NCBI GenBank assembly: GCA_976551045.1
Contig: CDPCPM010000021.1
Span: forward strand, 1,116,001 to 1,180,000
DNA from: Glaucostegus cemiculus
Taxonomy: Eukaryota
DNA length: 64,000 nt
Direction of reading: 5' to 3'
The notes below the pieces were generated by a model that made no database searches, was not told the DNA's origin, and saw only the letters and a program-made list of their open reading frames with translations. The position numbers were made by a program, and so were the translations under genes. This document shows, in pieces, positions 53,726-64,000 of this stretch (the stretch's first letter is position 1; every line of letters starts with the position of its first letter).

Positions 53726-55364
53726 ATCTAATTCTGATACCAAGTGACAACAACATAAAATTACGGCCATAAAGATCAACTCAGCACTGTTGAAAAGAAT
53801 TTCAATCATTTTAGGACCCAATAGTTTCTAACACATGAATTTTCTCTAATTTCTATCATTTTGCCCACATCTCAATGGCGCAGCTGTTGATGTAAGCAGA
53901 TGTGTGTGTGTGTGTGTGGGGGGGGGGGGTTGCGCTCCCAGCATCACTCTGCATATAACCATCGGGAGTTAAGCAAGAAGGACGTGGTTCAGGACCCTTC
54001 TAGTTGTCTCTGGAGAGGCTTTAACTTTATTTGCTCCCTCAGCTAAGAGCAATCACTTCTTTAAAAATAATCAAAATACATTTTAATTGGTCCATTTCAA
54101 GTTAACACAAAAAGAAGAAAATTTACGTAGAAGAAAGTCTGCACTTAATGCAAAAATAACTTCCACTTCTTGAGTCTTAATTTTCTTTGAAGAGAGACTC
54201 TCCCCAATAAAACACGTAAAAGGAGAAAAAAAAACAGCAGTGGAATGTAAAGTAAATGACATGGTGAAGAACTTTAACCTTAACTTCCCTACAGTATCCT
54301 CAGTTACAAATAGTTGCTTTTCACAAAGCCAGTGTGCCTTCAAAAATGTCTACAGAGGCAAATGTTGCCATCAGTGGCTGCAGTTAGGTTTGGAAGGAAG
54401 CGTTCATTCAAATCATCACTCAGCTCTTTTTCTACTTTTCCATACTAGAACTCACTTCACTTAATCCAACCACAACAAACTTTTGTAAGCAAAATGGATT
54501 TTCCACATGTGCTATACTGCAAAATCATGCAAAGGGCAAACAAGTGGGCAATTAATTATAATCTGCAACTTTATTAGAGGATATATACTTGTAAACAAAC
54601 TCAGAATTACAAATGGCAATTTACAAAATCACCCTGTGTGCTGTTTTCATACTGAAGTGTAATCAATACAATCATACCAGTTCTGTGAAACGGAGAAATA
54701 TACTCAATACTTTATCATTTAGTCACTTCATAAAATGCCTTCAGATAGCATGTAACAGTATAAATGAAACCTTTTGTCCTTTAGACCTCTTTGAAATGAT
54801 GAGATTCAGCCAATTATTCCATTTAATGATCCTCGTGTTCCCTTTAGGTACAGATGTGGCGAAGAGCCTAGTGACATATAACAGTGGAGCAGACAGATTG
54901 CTGAATCACAGAAATCCTTTTGTAGAGAGTCCACCTGGTATGTTAATGCCCAGTTAACGTTTAGGGGCAGTGACTAAAACAAGGCTTGAAAAGATTGTTC
55001 TTCAAAGGCACAAAACTGGTAATTGTTTTCTATTCCTATTTTCATTGCACAGTTATGTGAAATTGCTATTTCTAGTACATTCTGTTGCTACTCTGGGCTA
55101 CTTGATACCTCTTTCACTGGCCCTGTCAACTACATCAACTCAAGTCTTGCTATTCTCTGCAGATGACATTTTATCTGGAAGCATTGCAGCACTTACCTCA
55201 ATCCCTAGGGACTGCAATTTACTGAAATTAAGTCACCAAGTGCTGAATTTTGAAATTAAAATGGACAGCATAGCAACATCTGCAAACAGAAAAGACCTTC
55301 CACAATGTGTTGAAACAAGGTGCCCAGAGAAAACTTGTCTTATATCTTTAATAACTCTGGACTA

Positions 55365-55615
55365 AAAAGCTGGTATCAGTAATGGTGACTTTTTGGATTG
55401 TCATAAAACCCATCTGGTTCACTAATGTCCTTCAAGGAAGGAAATCTACCACCCTGGCCCAACCTGGCTGACGTACGACTCCAGATGAACCAATATAGCT
55501 GACTCTTAAAGCGCCTTTGAAATGGTCCAACAAGCTGCCTGGTTCAGGGACAATTTAGGATGGGCAATAAATCTTGACCTGGCCAGTGACTTCCACATCC
55601 CATGCACATAATAGA
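55365..55615 (+). mobile_element. 5'-truncated SINE sharing its 3' tail with the second LINE family
   Basis: aaaacccatctggttcactaatgtccttcaaggaaggaaatct..; the tail ttaggatgggcaataaatcttgacctggccagtgacttccacatcccatg aligns to 34821-34870. Confidence 0.85.
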
Positions 55616-55966
55616 TAATGATGAATTCACTGTACATACCCAGCATCTATTTTTATTTCACTGGGATGTCTTTTGCTCAGCTTGATTGGGATGTCCTTGA
55701 TCATTAATTCACAGGTTCTTACCAGTGAACCAGTGTAATGGGCACTGCATTCCTGGGATGTGAAGAAAAGAGACTGAAGAGATACCAATAATCAAGCCAA
55801 CTCAACCCCAAGCTTCACATGCATCTCCAATGAAGAGAGATTGAGTGGATTTGGATGTTTATTTGAAGGGGTTTAGAAGAAAGGGGAATAACAGGATAAA
55901 CATTGTGGGGCTCTTTCCCTCTAGAACCAGATGTCACATTTATAGAGAAAGGACTGCACTGAACTT

Positions 55967-56215
55967 CTTTTAAAATGTTATTTACAGCGTAGTAACAGGC
56001 CCTTTCAGCCCAACGAGTCCGCGCCGCCCATTTTAAAACCCCAAATTAACCTACCCATACGTCTTTTAGACTGTGGGAGGAAACCCGAGCACCCGGAGGA
56101 AACCCATGTAAACACGGGAGAATGTACAAACTCCTTACAGTCAGCGATGGGAATCGAACCCTGATCGCTGGCGCTGTAACAGCGTCGCACTAACTGCTAT
56201 GCTATCGTGCCGCCC
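55967..56215 (-). mobile_element. Young tRNA-derived V-SINE (HE1-like), full length
   Basis: The minus strand starts GGGCGGCACGATAGCATAGCAGTTAG (A box 56194-56204), has B box GGTTCGATTCC (56150-56160), V-domain TGGGTTTCCTCCGGGTGCTCGGGTTTCCTCCCACA and a CR1-like tail GGGCTGAAAGGGCCTGTTACTACGCTGTA; many CpGs retained. Confidence 0.93.
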
Positions 56216-56224
56216 ACAAAATAA

Positions 56225-56435
56225 AAAATTTTCACTCAAAGGGACAGAATTTTTGGAATTCTCTATCCCAGAGAACTGACTGCTCCACCAATGTATATAT
56301 TAAGACTAAGAGAGAGATTTAGGGATCAAAGGGAATCAAGGAATATAGAGGTGGGACAAGAAAGTGTTGAGTTGGAAAATTAGTCACAAACTTAATGAAT
56401 GATGGAGCAGGCTCAAGGGCCAAGTTTCCACTTGT
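56225..56435 (+). mobile_element. CR1 3' fragment (probably the host of the V-SINE insertion)
   Basis: ttcactcaaaggg..ttttggaattctctatcccagaga..aaagggaatcaaggaatata..aatgaatgatggagcaggctcaagggcc. Confidence 0.75.
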
Positions 56436-56554
56436 TATGCGGTTATTGTTGAAACTTATGATGTCATTTCATTTGACTTTATTTGGAAAGCTACTATCCC
56501 TTGAACTTTGCTTCCTCCTCTCATTTTTTCCCCAGTTTGCTGCCTCCGTGGCCT

Positions 56555-56890
56555 TGTCTGCTCTATCTCAGGTCCTAAGTTCCTTGGAGATATCTGTGTT
56601 CCTCTAATTCTCATCCCTCATGCATTCTTGATTTCTATTGCCCCCTAATATTGACGTCTGTGCTTTCCGCTTGCAAGCATTAAATCTCTTAAATTCACTC
56701 CCCAAGTTTCTCCACATCTCTAACCCTCTTTTCAATTTTAAGACACCCTTTAAACCTCTTTGTCCAGGCTTTTGGTCATCTTTCCTAATGCCTCCAAATT
56801 GTGCCTCAAAGTTAAATGTTCCTTGATAACATTGATGTAAAATGGTGAAGTTTTATTATGTTAAACATGCTATATAAATGTAATATGTCA
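56555..56890 (+). mobile_element. L2 LINE 3' end
   Basis: Parallels 52790-53050 and ends ttttattatgttaaacatgctatataaatgtaatatgt. Confidence 0.75.
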
Positions 56891-57479
56891 CCACATAGCC
56901 TCCTTTGGTCAGGATTATAGAAAGTCTAAGCATGAGCAAGCTGTTAATGCCAGCTTTGAAAGTTGCTCCAATCAATTAACATAATTCCAACTGCAACACA
57001 ATGAATAAGCCACAATCCATTTACCTTTCTTTAGAAGTGAAAAGTTAGGAGACTGCAACTTTCTCCACCAGACCCTGATTTGGCCTGATTAGGTTCACAA
57101 GCTGAATATTATTAGATATTCATCTCAATACATGATGGTGGTTATTACCGAATCACGGAGAAACATTACAGCTTTGGACAAAACCATTTGTCAGTTCATA
57201 CTTCTTCCTAATTTCAAGAGAAGCAGCTCTCCTGTGTTGTTGCCCTTAATGTGAAAATGCTTGCAGACTGACTCGTCTCTCCATTTCTTCATTTGTGGGC
57301 TAGCAACTTCAATTGTAATTCCCCATATCACCTCTCTGGGGCTCTGCAAACATATACTAATACCCATACTCACCTCACACCAACGTCAGTTTTGCAGCCA
57401 TCAGGTATTCAAATCCACTGATTTAGCTTCAAGGCAGATCTCCCAGCACTGCAACTCCAGCACCTCTCCCCCCTAATGA

Positions 57480-57800
57480 ATCCCATTATCATCTTTCTTA
57501 CTTTTCAGATTCCAGTACTAGTAGCCTTGTATTCCCACTTATCACTCTCCTGGCTGTCTTCACCTTCACTTTGCCCCCATCTGGCTCCACCTGCCTTTTC
57601 TTTGCCTGTCTCCACCTATTATCCACCTGTCTGTTTCCCAACTCCACCCCTCCCCCATCCAGATTCATCAGCCCAACATCCTTCACCATTCCTTGGTCCA
57701 CCAATCACCTTCTGGCCCCTGTCTCACCACTTCCCCTCTCCTCTTCATACCGTCATCTTGAAATATTGACAATTCCTCTCCCTCCACCTAATTGGTTGAA
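57480..57800 (+). mobile_element. Penelope-like pyrimidine-rich 3' region, decayed
   Basis: C/T-rich text with ccacctattatccacctg and caccaatcacc, followed by tgaaatattgacaattcctctcctccac; resembles 36400-36600 and 62640-62880. Confidence 0.55.
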
Positions 57801-57989
57801 TTAAGTTGACATGCACACACACTGCTAATCAACACTGATGCCACTGTCAGTAAACAAGCAATTAATCCCCACACCCGACAAACAAGTGGGTAAAAGGAGG
57901 TACCTGACTGGAAAGGTATAAAAAATGTAAAGTAAGAAGCTAATAGCTATTTCAATGTAGTTTTTTCCCCTCTGACCTGGATAGTCTTA

Positions 57990-58365
57990 TCCAGAGCTAC
58001 AAGCATGAGATCTAGACTGACTTTCTAATGTGGTCCTGAGGAAATACTTAATTGTTAGAGGTTCCAAACTTCCACTGAAGTGTTAAACTGAAGGCCTGTC
58101 TGCCTCTCTGCTGGGAATAAAATATTTCAGGGCACCATTCTGCAGAGGAGCCAGAGGCTTCTTCTCAATGCCCTGACCAATGTTTATCCTCAGCTAATAT
58201 TACTAAATAGCTTGCTGTTTATTCAGACCTTGATGAATGCAAACTACTCCCTGTGATTCCTGCATTACCACATTGAGGATTCCAAAGTACCTCAGAGGCT
58301 TTCCTAATCTCCAAGGTTCCAGTGACGTTGTGAATAGCACCCTATAGATAAAGCCCTCTTTCACA
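57990..58365 (+). mobile_element. Deu-domain SINE, old
   Basis: atctagactgac..gtgttaaactgaaggcctgtctgcctctct..ggcaccattctgcagaggagc..gccctgaccaatgtttatcctcag. Confidence 0.7.
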
Positions 58366-58679
58366 ATTTAATTTTGATAGTGTATCATCCAAAATAAAAT
58401 AATTATACTTGATGATTAAAATAAACCAAAAACCTATTATAATAAACTCCAATATTAATATCCCACCAGTATGAAATTTAATAGTACACTCATTCTAACA
58501 CAATTATAATGCTATAACTTTCTGTAATAACTCAATTTAATATTAATAAGTCTTAATTAAAACATCTTTCATTTTCTAACCTTACAGAATAACATTCAAG
58601 AGTTTTGCAAGCCTCTTAATACAGCATATTATGTTATCCAAAACCTCCTTTAAGAAATGTACAGTTATATTGAATGTTG

Positions 58680-58835
58680 CATATGAACCTCCCATTGTAA
58701 TGAACATTGATACTCTGAACCTCACACTATGACTTATCATAATGAGAACTTCCTGTTGTTAATGAACACTGATAATATGACCCTCCCAATATAAACAACA
58801 TTGAGAGTGTGAATCTCCTGTTATCACAAGCTCCA
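58680..58835. repeat. Degenerate tandem repeat, unit about 30-32 bp, about 5 copies
   Basis: atatgaacctcccattgtaatgaacattgata / ctctgaacctcacactatg.. / tgagaacttcctgttgttaatgaacactgata / atatgaccctcccaatataaacaacattgaga / gtgtgaatctcctgtt. Confidence 0.75.
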
Positions 58836-61800
58836 ATCTTATAAACTTTTAATATTCAAATCCTTCCGATTTATTAAATGCTATTATATCCATTGCCCTA
58901 AATATATAACAACCTACAGCGTAACAAGTTTCTTGTTATTGACAAATCGCTTCTCCCACTTCAGAAGAAACCCTTTCATATAAATAAAAGGGAGCTCCAG
59001 CCTTGATAAGACAACCTTCAATAATAAGGACTTTTATGACTATTGCAAGTTTGTAATCAGGAGATCTAAAACCACCAGGAGGCCACTGGCTCCTACAGTA
59101 CTTTGGGATCAATAGCTCATTATAGTTCTAAGTTAAGGAGTTACTATATAGCTCAGGCCTGTGAGTTATTTTCTAACGCACACTACAGAGATTTACACTG
59201 TCTCTTGTGTCTATTTTGAGGGTGGCACCTGCAGCGTGTGTATTGTGAAGTACCGTCTGAAAACCCTCTCCTCACTCTTTGCTGCTTTTGAAGGGAAGCA
59301 CATAAAGGGATTGAGTCTTATAAGTTCCTGACCATCTGGATTTAATGTGTACGCCAGACAGGTGAATCCTGAAGAAATCTGAACAATCTGAATTTAGAAA
59401 CTCTTACAGTGGAAACAGTTTTGTGCTTGAGGAATTTTTGTCTCAACAAAGACTCAGCACAATGCATCTTTGGCAATAAAACATAATTTCCTGCTTAGGA
59501 TATTTCTTATTGTGTTCTAAGAATGGAATGCAGTTCTCAACAAGAATATGATGAGTAAACAACTTTGACACAATCACACTTATCTTCTATAAATGGTCTG
59601 TGTGTGTGATCAAGAAAATAGAAATCAATTGCTGCCATTGGTTACTGGAAAGAAATGCCTGATGAAAGTATTGGTAAGAAGCTCCCACAGTAACTGCACA
59701 ATTTCTGAAATGAGAGTTGATCGAAGACTTCCTTCCACAATCCATTTGGTGTTTAAACATCAGTGAAAGTGTTGGAGGAACAGAGTTAAGGAGCAGCATT
59801 CAGATACAGACTACAATTAATTTGATTTATGTATAGACTCACAATGTAGGAAAGAGCAGTCTAGTTTCAGTTGAATTTTGCTTCTGTAAGTGCCTCACCA
59901 ATAAGTACAGGAATTGTTGCTGTTGTGTGACTCAGTCATCCTGGTTTGTTAGGCATATTTCTTTATTCTCTTTAATAAAGAGGAAACTAGAGAGGACAAA
60001 GCGTTTCTAAACTACCGCAGAAAGGTGGTTGTGTTTCTCCCACTTTTTTTTATACAGGCTATTTTCCATGCAATGTCACATTGCCATCGGGTCAATGATT
60101 ACAGATTACCTGCTATTCATCTTAATAAAAGCTTAATAGCTGTAGTAATTGGAAAAAAAATTAAATAGGAATGTTTCACTTTGGTTAAATATCCATTGTA
60201 GTTCTAGTACCTCATGTCATTTTTAGGAAGGTACTATAACAAAGTACAATCATTTTATATATGCTGCTGAAATCAGAGCCTGCCTCTCTGATATAAGCCT
60301 AGTCGACCTTGATTTTATATGTGGGGTATGGGTTGGATTGGGTTTATGACCTTACAGTTTAGGTTTGACCATGCTATGCCATGCTGACTTGGTACCATCC
60401 AGGTCAGGTGATTTTGTTAGTAAATAACTGTCATAAAGCTGAGAACTTCAGCTGTATTTATTTGGTGTTCTGTTCTCAACAGATCAATAGCATGTTTGAT
60501 GTTGTTATACAGTGAAAGTCCAATCATGTCAGGTTAGGCTGAAAAATGGAAAAAAAAATTAAGTACTCGAATTTGAATCAGGTTTGGACTAGCTGTGATC
60601 AGGAGAGGTTTTAATTCTGTTTTACTTGAAATGATTCTACACTGGAAATAAGATGGTCAAGGAAAGAATGGTTGGTCACAGGTCTATCATATCAGCCCTG
60701 AACAGTGTTGTGTCACTCCTGGTGTGCTCACATGGTTCTTCCTCACATCATCTTGGCCACTCCTCTCCAGGAGTGGATGGTGGAAATGGTAAGAGGGTAC
60801 ATGTTGTGTGAGCCGCCAGGAGGGGTTATATATTGCATTGATATTTGACTGTTCCTAGCAGAGGCATTAATGCCTCCAGAGCTACTTAAACTACAGGTCT
60901 TACTATTAAAGCTTAAGACCTACATCAATCTGATCTACACCAGTACTTCAAGTTCAGGCACTCAGTGGTTCCACCTCTTAAGCTTCAATAGTAACATTCT
61001 GTCATGCTGCTTAATTCTGAGGAGACAACTCGGGGATAAAAAGTGAGCTAAGAATGCTATTAAGTGGACGTGGTAATGACAGATGAAATTTAATCAGAAT
61101 AGTTTAAACATCTGTACATAGAAACAAAACAAAATTTACATTCATTATTATTTCATGAAAAGAGCCAACAGAAGAAAGGATGAAGTTGAAAGAGGCCTTT
61201 CAGTGGATTTGATGCTGGACATCTATGGCCACCTTCAGAGCAAGGGTAAACAGAGTAAATGGCCAAAATCCAAAAGCTAGTTAGAGTAAAGATCTGCTTG
61301 GGAATAAAATTAAAAGCTGACCCTAGCTGATCCAACCACAGCCAATCCGAACCCAATCTCTGAGTCAACCCAATCCAATATTATACATAATATTGGTCTG
61401 TTTGAGGCTGAAGCATTAAATATTGATCAAGAGGAGAGGACACATGCAATAATACTAAGAAAATTATCTTGATTTAAACTACTGAGTCTGACCCAACCTG
61501 AACCAAACTGGAGTGTTTTATCAATGCATTCACGGGACCCAAACCATGCACGGAGCCAGATCCTTTCAGGCTTGGGTCAAAGAGACGGGTCCAATTTAGA
61601 GGAATTTCTTATTGCGTTCTGCAAGTGAAATGTCAGCAGACATTTCCAGTACTGAGTGCATTTGTGGTCATTCAAACAAGAGGGAGTTCCATGCCTTGGT
61701 GCAAATTAAAAGACAAACTTGACTCTGACCCCTCAGAAATACAAAAACTATGACAGGTTTTCAGCTTTGAAGGGAAGTGATTTCATACAGGCGCAGGAGA

Positions 61801-62359
61801 TAGTTAATAGTATGGAGTAGGCAGATTCAGAACACACTTCAAAGCAAATCTTAACAGTCGGACACAGTTTCAAAATGCACACAATAAGACATATGTTAAC
61901 ATGTGGACATCAAGCAGGCCTCCTGCCCCTGTGGACAAGTATAGCAGGCAAGAATATAGATCTGAGGGGGATTCAAGTCAAGGAGCTTGTATCCTCCTTT
62001 GCCCAGAATGGTTGAATTTGGGAACAGGAATAAAACAATCCACTGGACTGTTCTTGAGCTAATCTGATGTGCATATCACTCAGTTGCTACAAAGGGATGC
62101 AGTATATTTTGGATATTCAGTGTATGAATTGGAGTTGACTATCTTGCACTTTAGTGTGAAAAGTAAATGTATGTGACTGTTCCCTAAGTTTTTTCTATTC
62201 TACCTTTCATATTTGGTGATTAAATTCAATTCGCTTGCTTCCTTTAAGATTTCAATGGAGCCTGACAACATGGAAAGGAGCTTAATGCCCAGGTGCAAAA
62301 ACAACACGATGCTGGAGGGAATCAGCAGGCTAGGAAGCATCTGTGGAGAGAAACGAATG

Positions 62360-62393
62360 GTCAATGTTTCGGGTCAGGACCCTTCTTCAGGAC
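62360..62393 (-). ncRNA. Minimal type-I hammerhead ribozyme motif (core boxes intact, stem III decayed)
   Basis: Minus strand: gtc CTGAAGA A GGGTC ct GACCC GAAA CAT T gac. Confidence 0.7.
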
Positions 62394-62831
62394 TGAAGAT
62401 AGGAAAAGGGGAAGCCCAATATATAGGAGGGAAAAGCAGCGATAGATAGACAAAAGAGGGGAGGCAGGGGACCTTACAGCCTAATAGGATGAACATCGAA
62501 TTCTCCCACTTTAAATAAACCAACCACCCCCACCATGTCTATTTTATTTTCTTTCCTTTCCTAGCCCCTCTCTCTTTTTTCTCCTTGCCTATTTCTTCTT
62601 TTTTTCTCCCCCCTCTCCTCCCCTCCCCTCAAGGGGGTACCTGCCTCCATACCTGCGACCCATCCCCTGGTGGATCTGCTCTCCTCTCCTCCCCCACACC
62701 TGCCTATCACTCTCTCTTACCTGCATCTACCTATCACCACCTTGTGCCCACTCCACCTCCCCTCTTTTGTCCACCTATCACTGCTCTGTTTTTCCCTCCT
62801 ATATATTGGGCTTCCCCTTTTCCTATCTTCA

Positions 62832-62865
62832 GTCCTGAAGAAGGGTCCTGACCCAAAACATTGAC
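62832..62865 (+). ncRNA. Minimal type-I hammerhead ribozyme motif (G12>A, probably inactive)
   Basis: gtc CTGAAGA A GGGTC ct GACCC AAAA CAT T gac. Confidence 0.6.
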
Positions 62866-64000
62866 CATCTGTTTTTCTCTGTGGATGCTGCCTGGCCTGC
62901 TGAGTTCCTCTGGCATTTTGTTTTTTCCTTACTTGGATTCCAGCATTTGAAGTCCTTTGCTTCTCTATTAATAATGCCCAGGGCATTGATATGCATACTT
63001 TGGGACTTGGAATGCTTGGCTTTCAGTGGACTAAATTTCATTTAATTTAAAAAGTAAGAATAAAACCCTATTTTCAAGGTGGACATAACTGAGGTGAACT
63101 GTATTCTTCTTGTGCCAAGCAACATTTTGTTCACTCTTACAGACCAGTATGTGGTAATTGTAACTGAAATGTCTTTGCTACGCTCTGACTGTGCTCCTCA
63201 TTATCTTTTGGAATGTTTGTATGAGAAAGTGGGTAGTTTTAGTTGCTTTATGTTTTCTAAGCTAACCATCTAACAGTGCAATATAAAGTTTTAAAAGTCC
63301 AGCTATGGCCTTGGGGATGGCAAGAAGCTGACATATTTAAAGCTGTTTCTTTGCAGTTTTTACAATAAAGGAAACATGTCAAAATTCATCAGAAAAATCT
63401 AAACATTTTTTAAGTTAATTTAATTAAAAAATTAATGCACATTTATCTTAAGTAAGATAATTAAATTGTCCTATTAAATAAAGAACATTATTGTGAAATT
63501 GCAGGAGTTACTTAATGTATTCTTATTGGGGTTGATTCCATTAATGGAACTTGCAACTCTACTAGGTGCTAAGGTGTTCTAAAAGGAAATACAGTACAGT
63601 AATAGCGAGTTTCTGTTGCACGCACGTCATAACAGGATCCAGCTGCAGCCTATTAAAATCAGCACAACTCTCCTTTTGGTCTGTCAAGACATTTCATCAT
63701 GAGAGAAGCAACCTAGGAAGTGATTCCTTTCATCAACTGTGTTAACTCTACTTCCCAATCCAATTATCAAACTGAGACAACACTATCTCAGAAAACTACC
63801 CACAATGTATATTAGTTTTTCTGTGTAATAAACATTCTCCAACTTTGAACTGGGATGTAAGGTTTGCTATGTTTTAGAGAACACCGATGATATTAAATTG
63901 TTTTCTCTTTAAAGGTTGAAGAGTTAAAAGTACAAAAGTAATCTGATGGAAGTTTTAGCTCATCAACAAGATATGATCTACCAAGAATTTAATTTTATTT

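Larger units (their letters stand above)
62294..62971 (+). mobile_element. 5'-truncated Penelope-like retroelement with inverted terminal duplication, hammerhead motifs and 11-bp TSD
   Basis: TSD taatgcccagg at 62283-62293 and 62972-62982; arms of about 170 bp (about 62297-62465 and 62755-62925) are reverse complements; 62468-62518 encodes GTLQPNRMNIEFSHFK* (Penelope GIY-YIG C-terminus). Confidence 0.92.

Noticed and set aside
53901-53929. (TG)n followed by a G run
   Set aside because: Ordinary microsatellite/homopolymer.
54613-55365. Adjacent 114-aa and 131-aa plus-strand ORFs as a gene
   Set aside because: No recognisable domain, and the composition is typical of AT-rich non-coding DNA. 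Only the internal 90-nt exon-like segment is kept, as a speculative finding.
56140-56215. Possible tRNA gene (A and B boxes)
   Set aside because: It continues directly into a V-domain and LINE-derived tail, so it is a SINE head.

Overview
AT-rich, CpG-depleted vertebrate nuclear DNA. The repeat content (HE1-type V-SINE, SacSINE1/Deu-type SINEs, CR1, L2, RTE and Penelope remnants) points to a cartilaginous fish, probably a batoid; this is inferred from remembered family consensus sequences, not from a database search. I recognise no host protein-coding gene, tRNA/rRNA gene or CRISPR array, so the window looks intergenic or deep intronic. Nearly all ORFs in the track are broken reverse-transcriptase pieces or noise. 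The most interesting signal is a set of Penelope-like termini, at least seven of which (in five insertions) still read as a minimal type-I hammerhead ribozyme (CUGANGA-A-stem II-GAAA-CGUH) with compensatory stem changes between copies. Several are arranged as short head-to-head foldback elements. One (62294-62971) has an 11-bp target-site duplication and the C-terminal end of a GIY-YIG ORF. Also present: three SINE/LINE tail-sharing pairs, a Tigger/pogo-like MITE nested in a Penelope remnant, several perfect palindromes, two degenerate minisatellites and a few speculative micro-exons. Repeat boundaries are approximate unless exact motifs are quoted.
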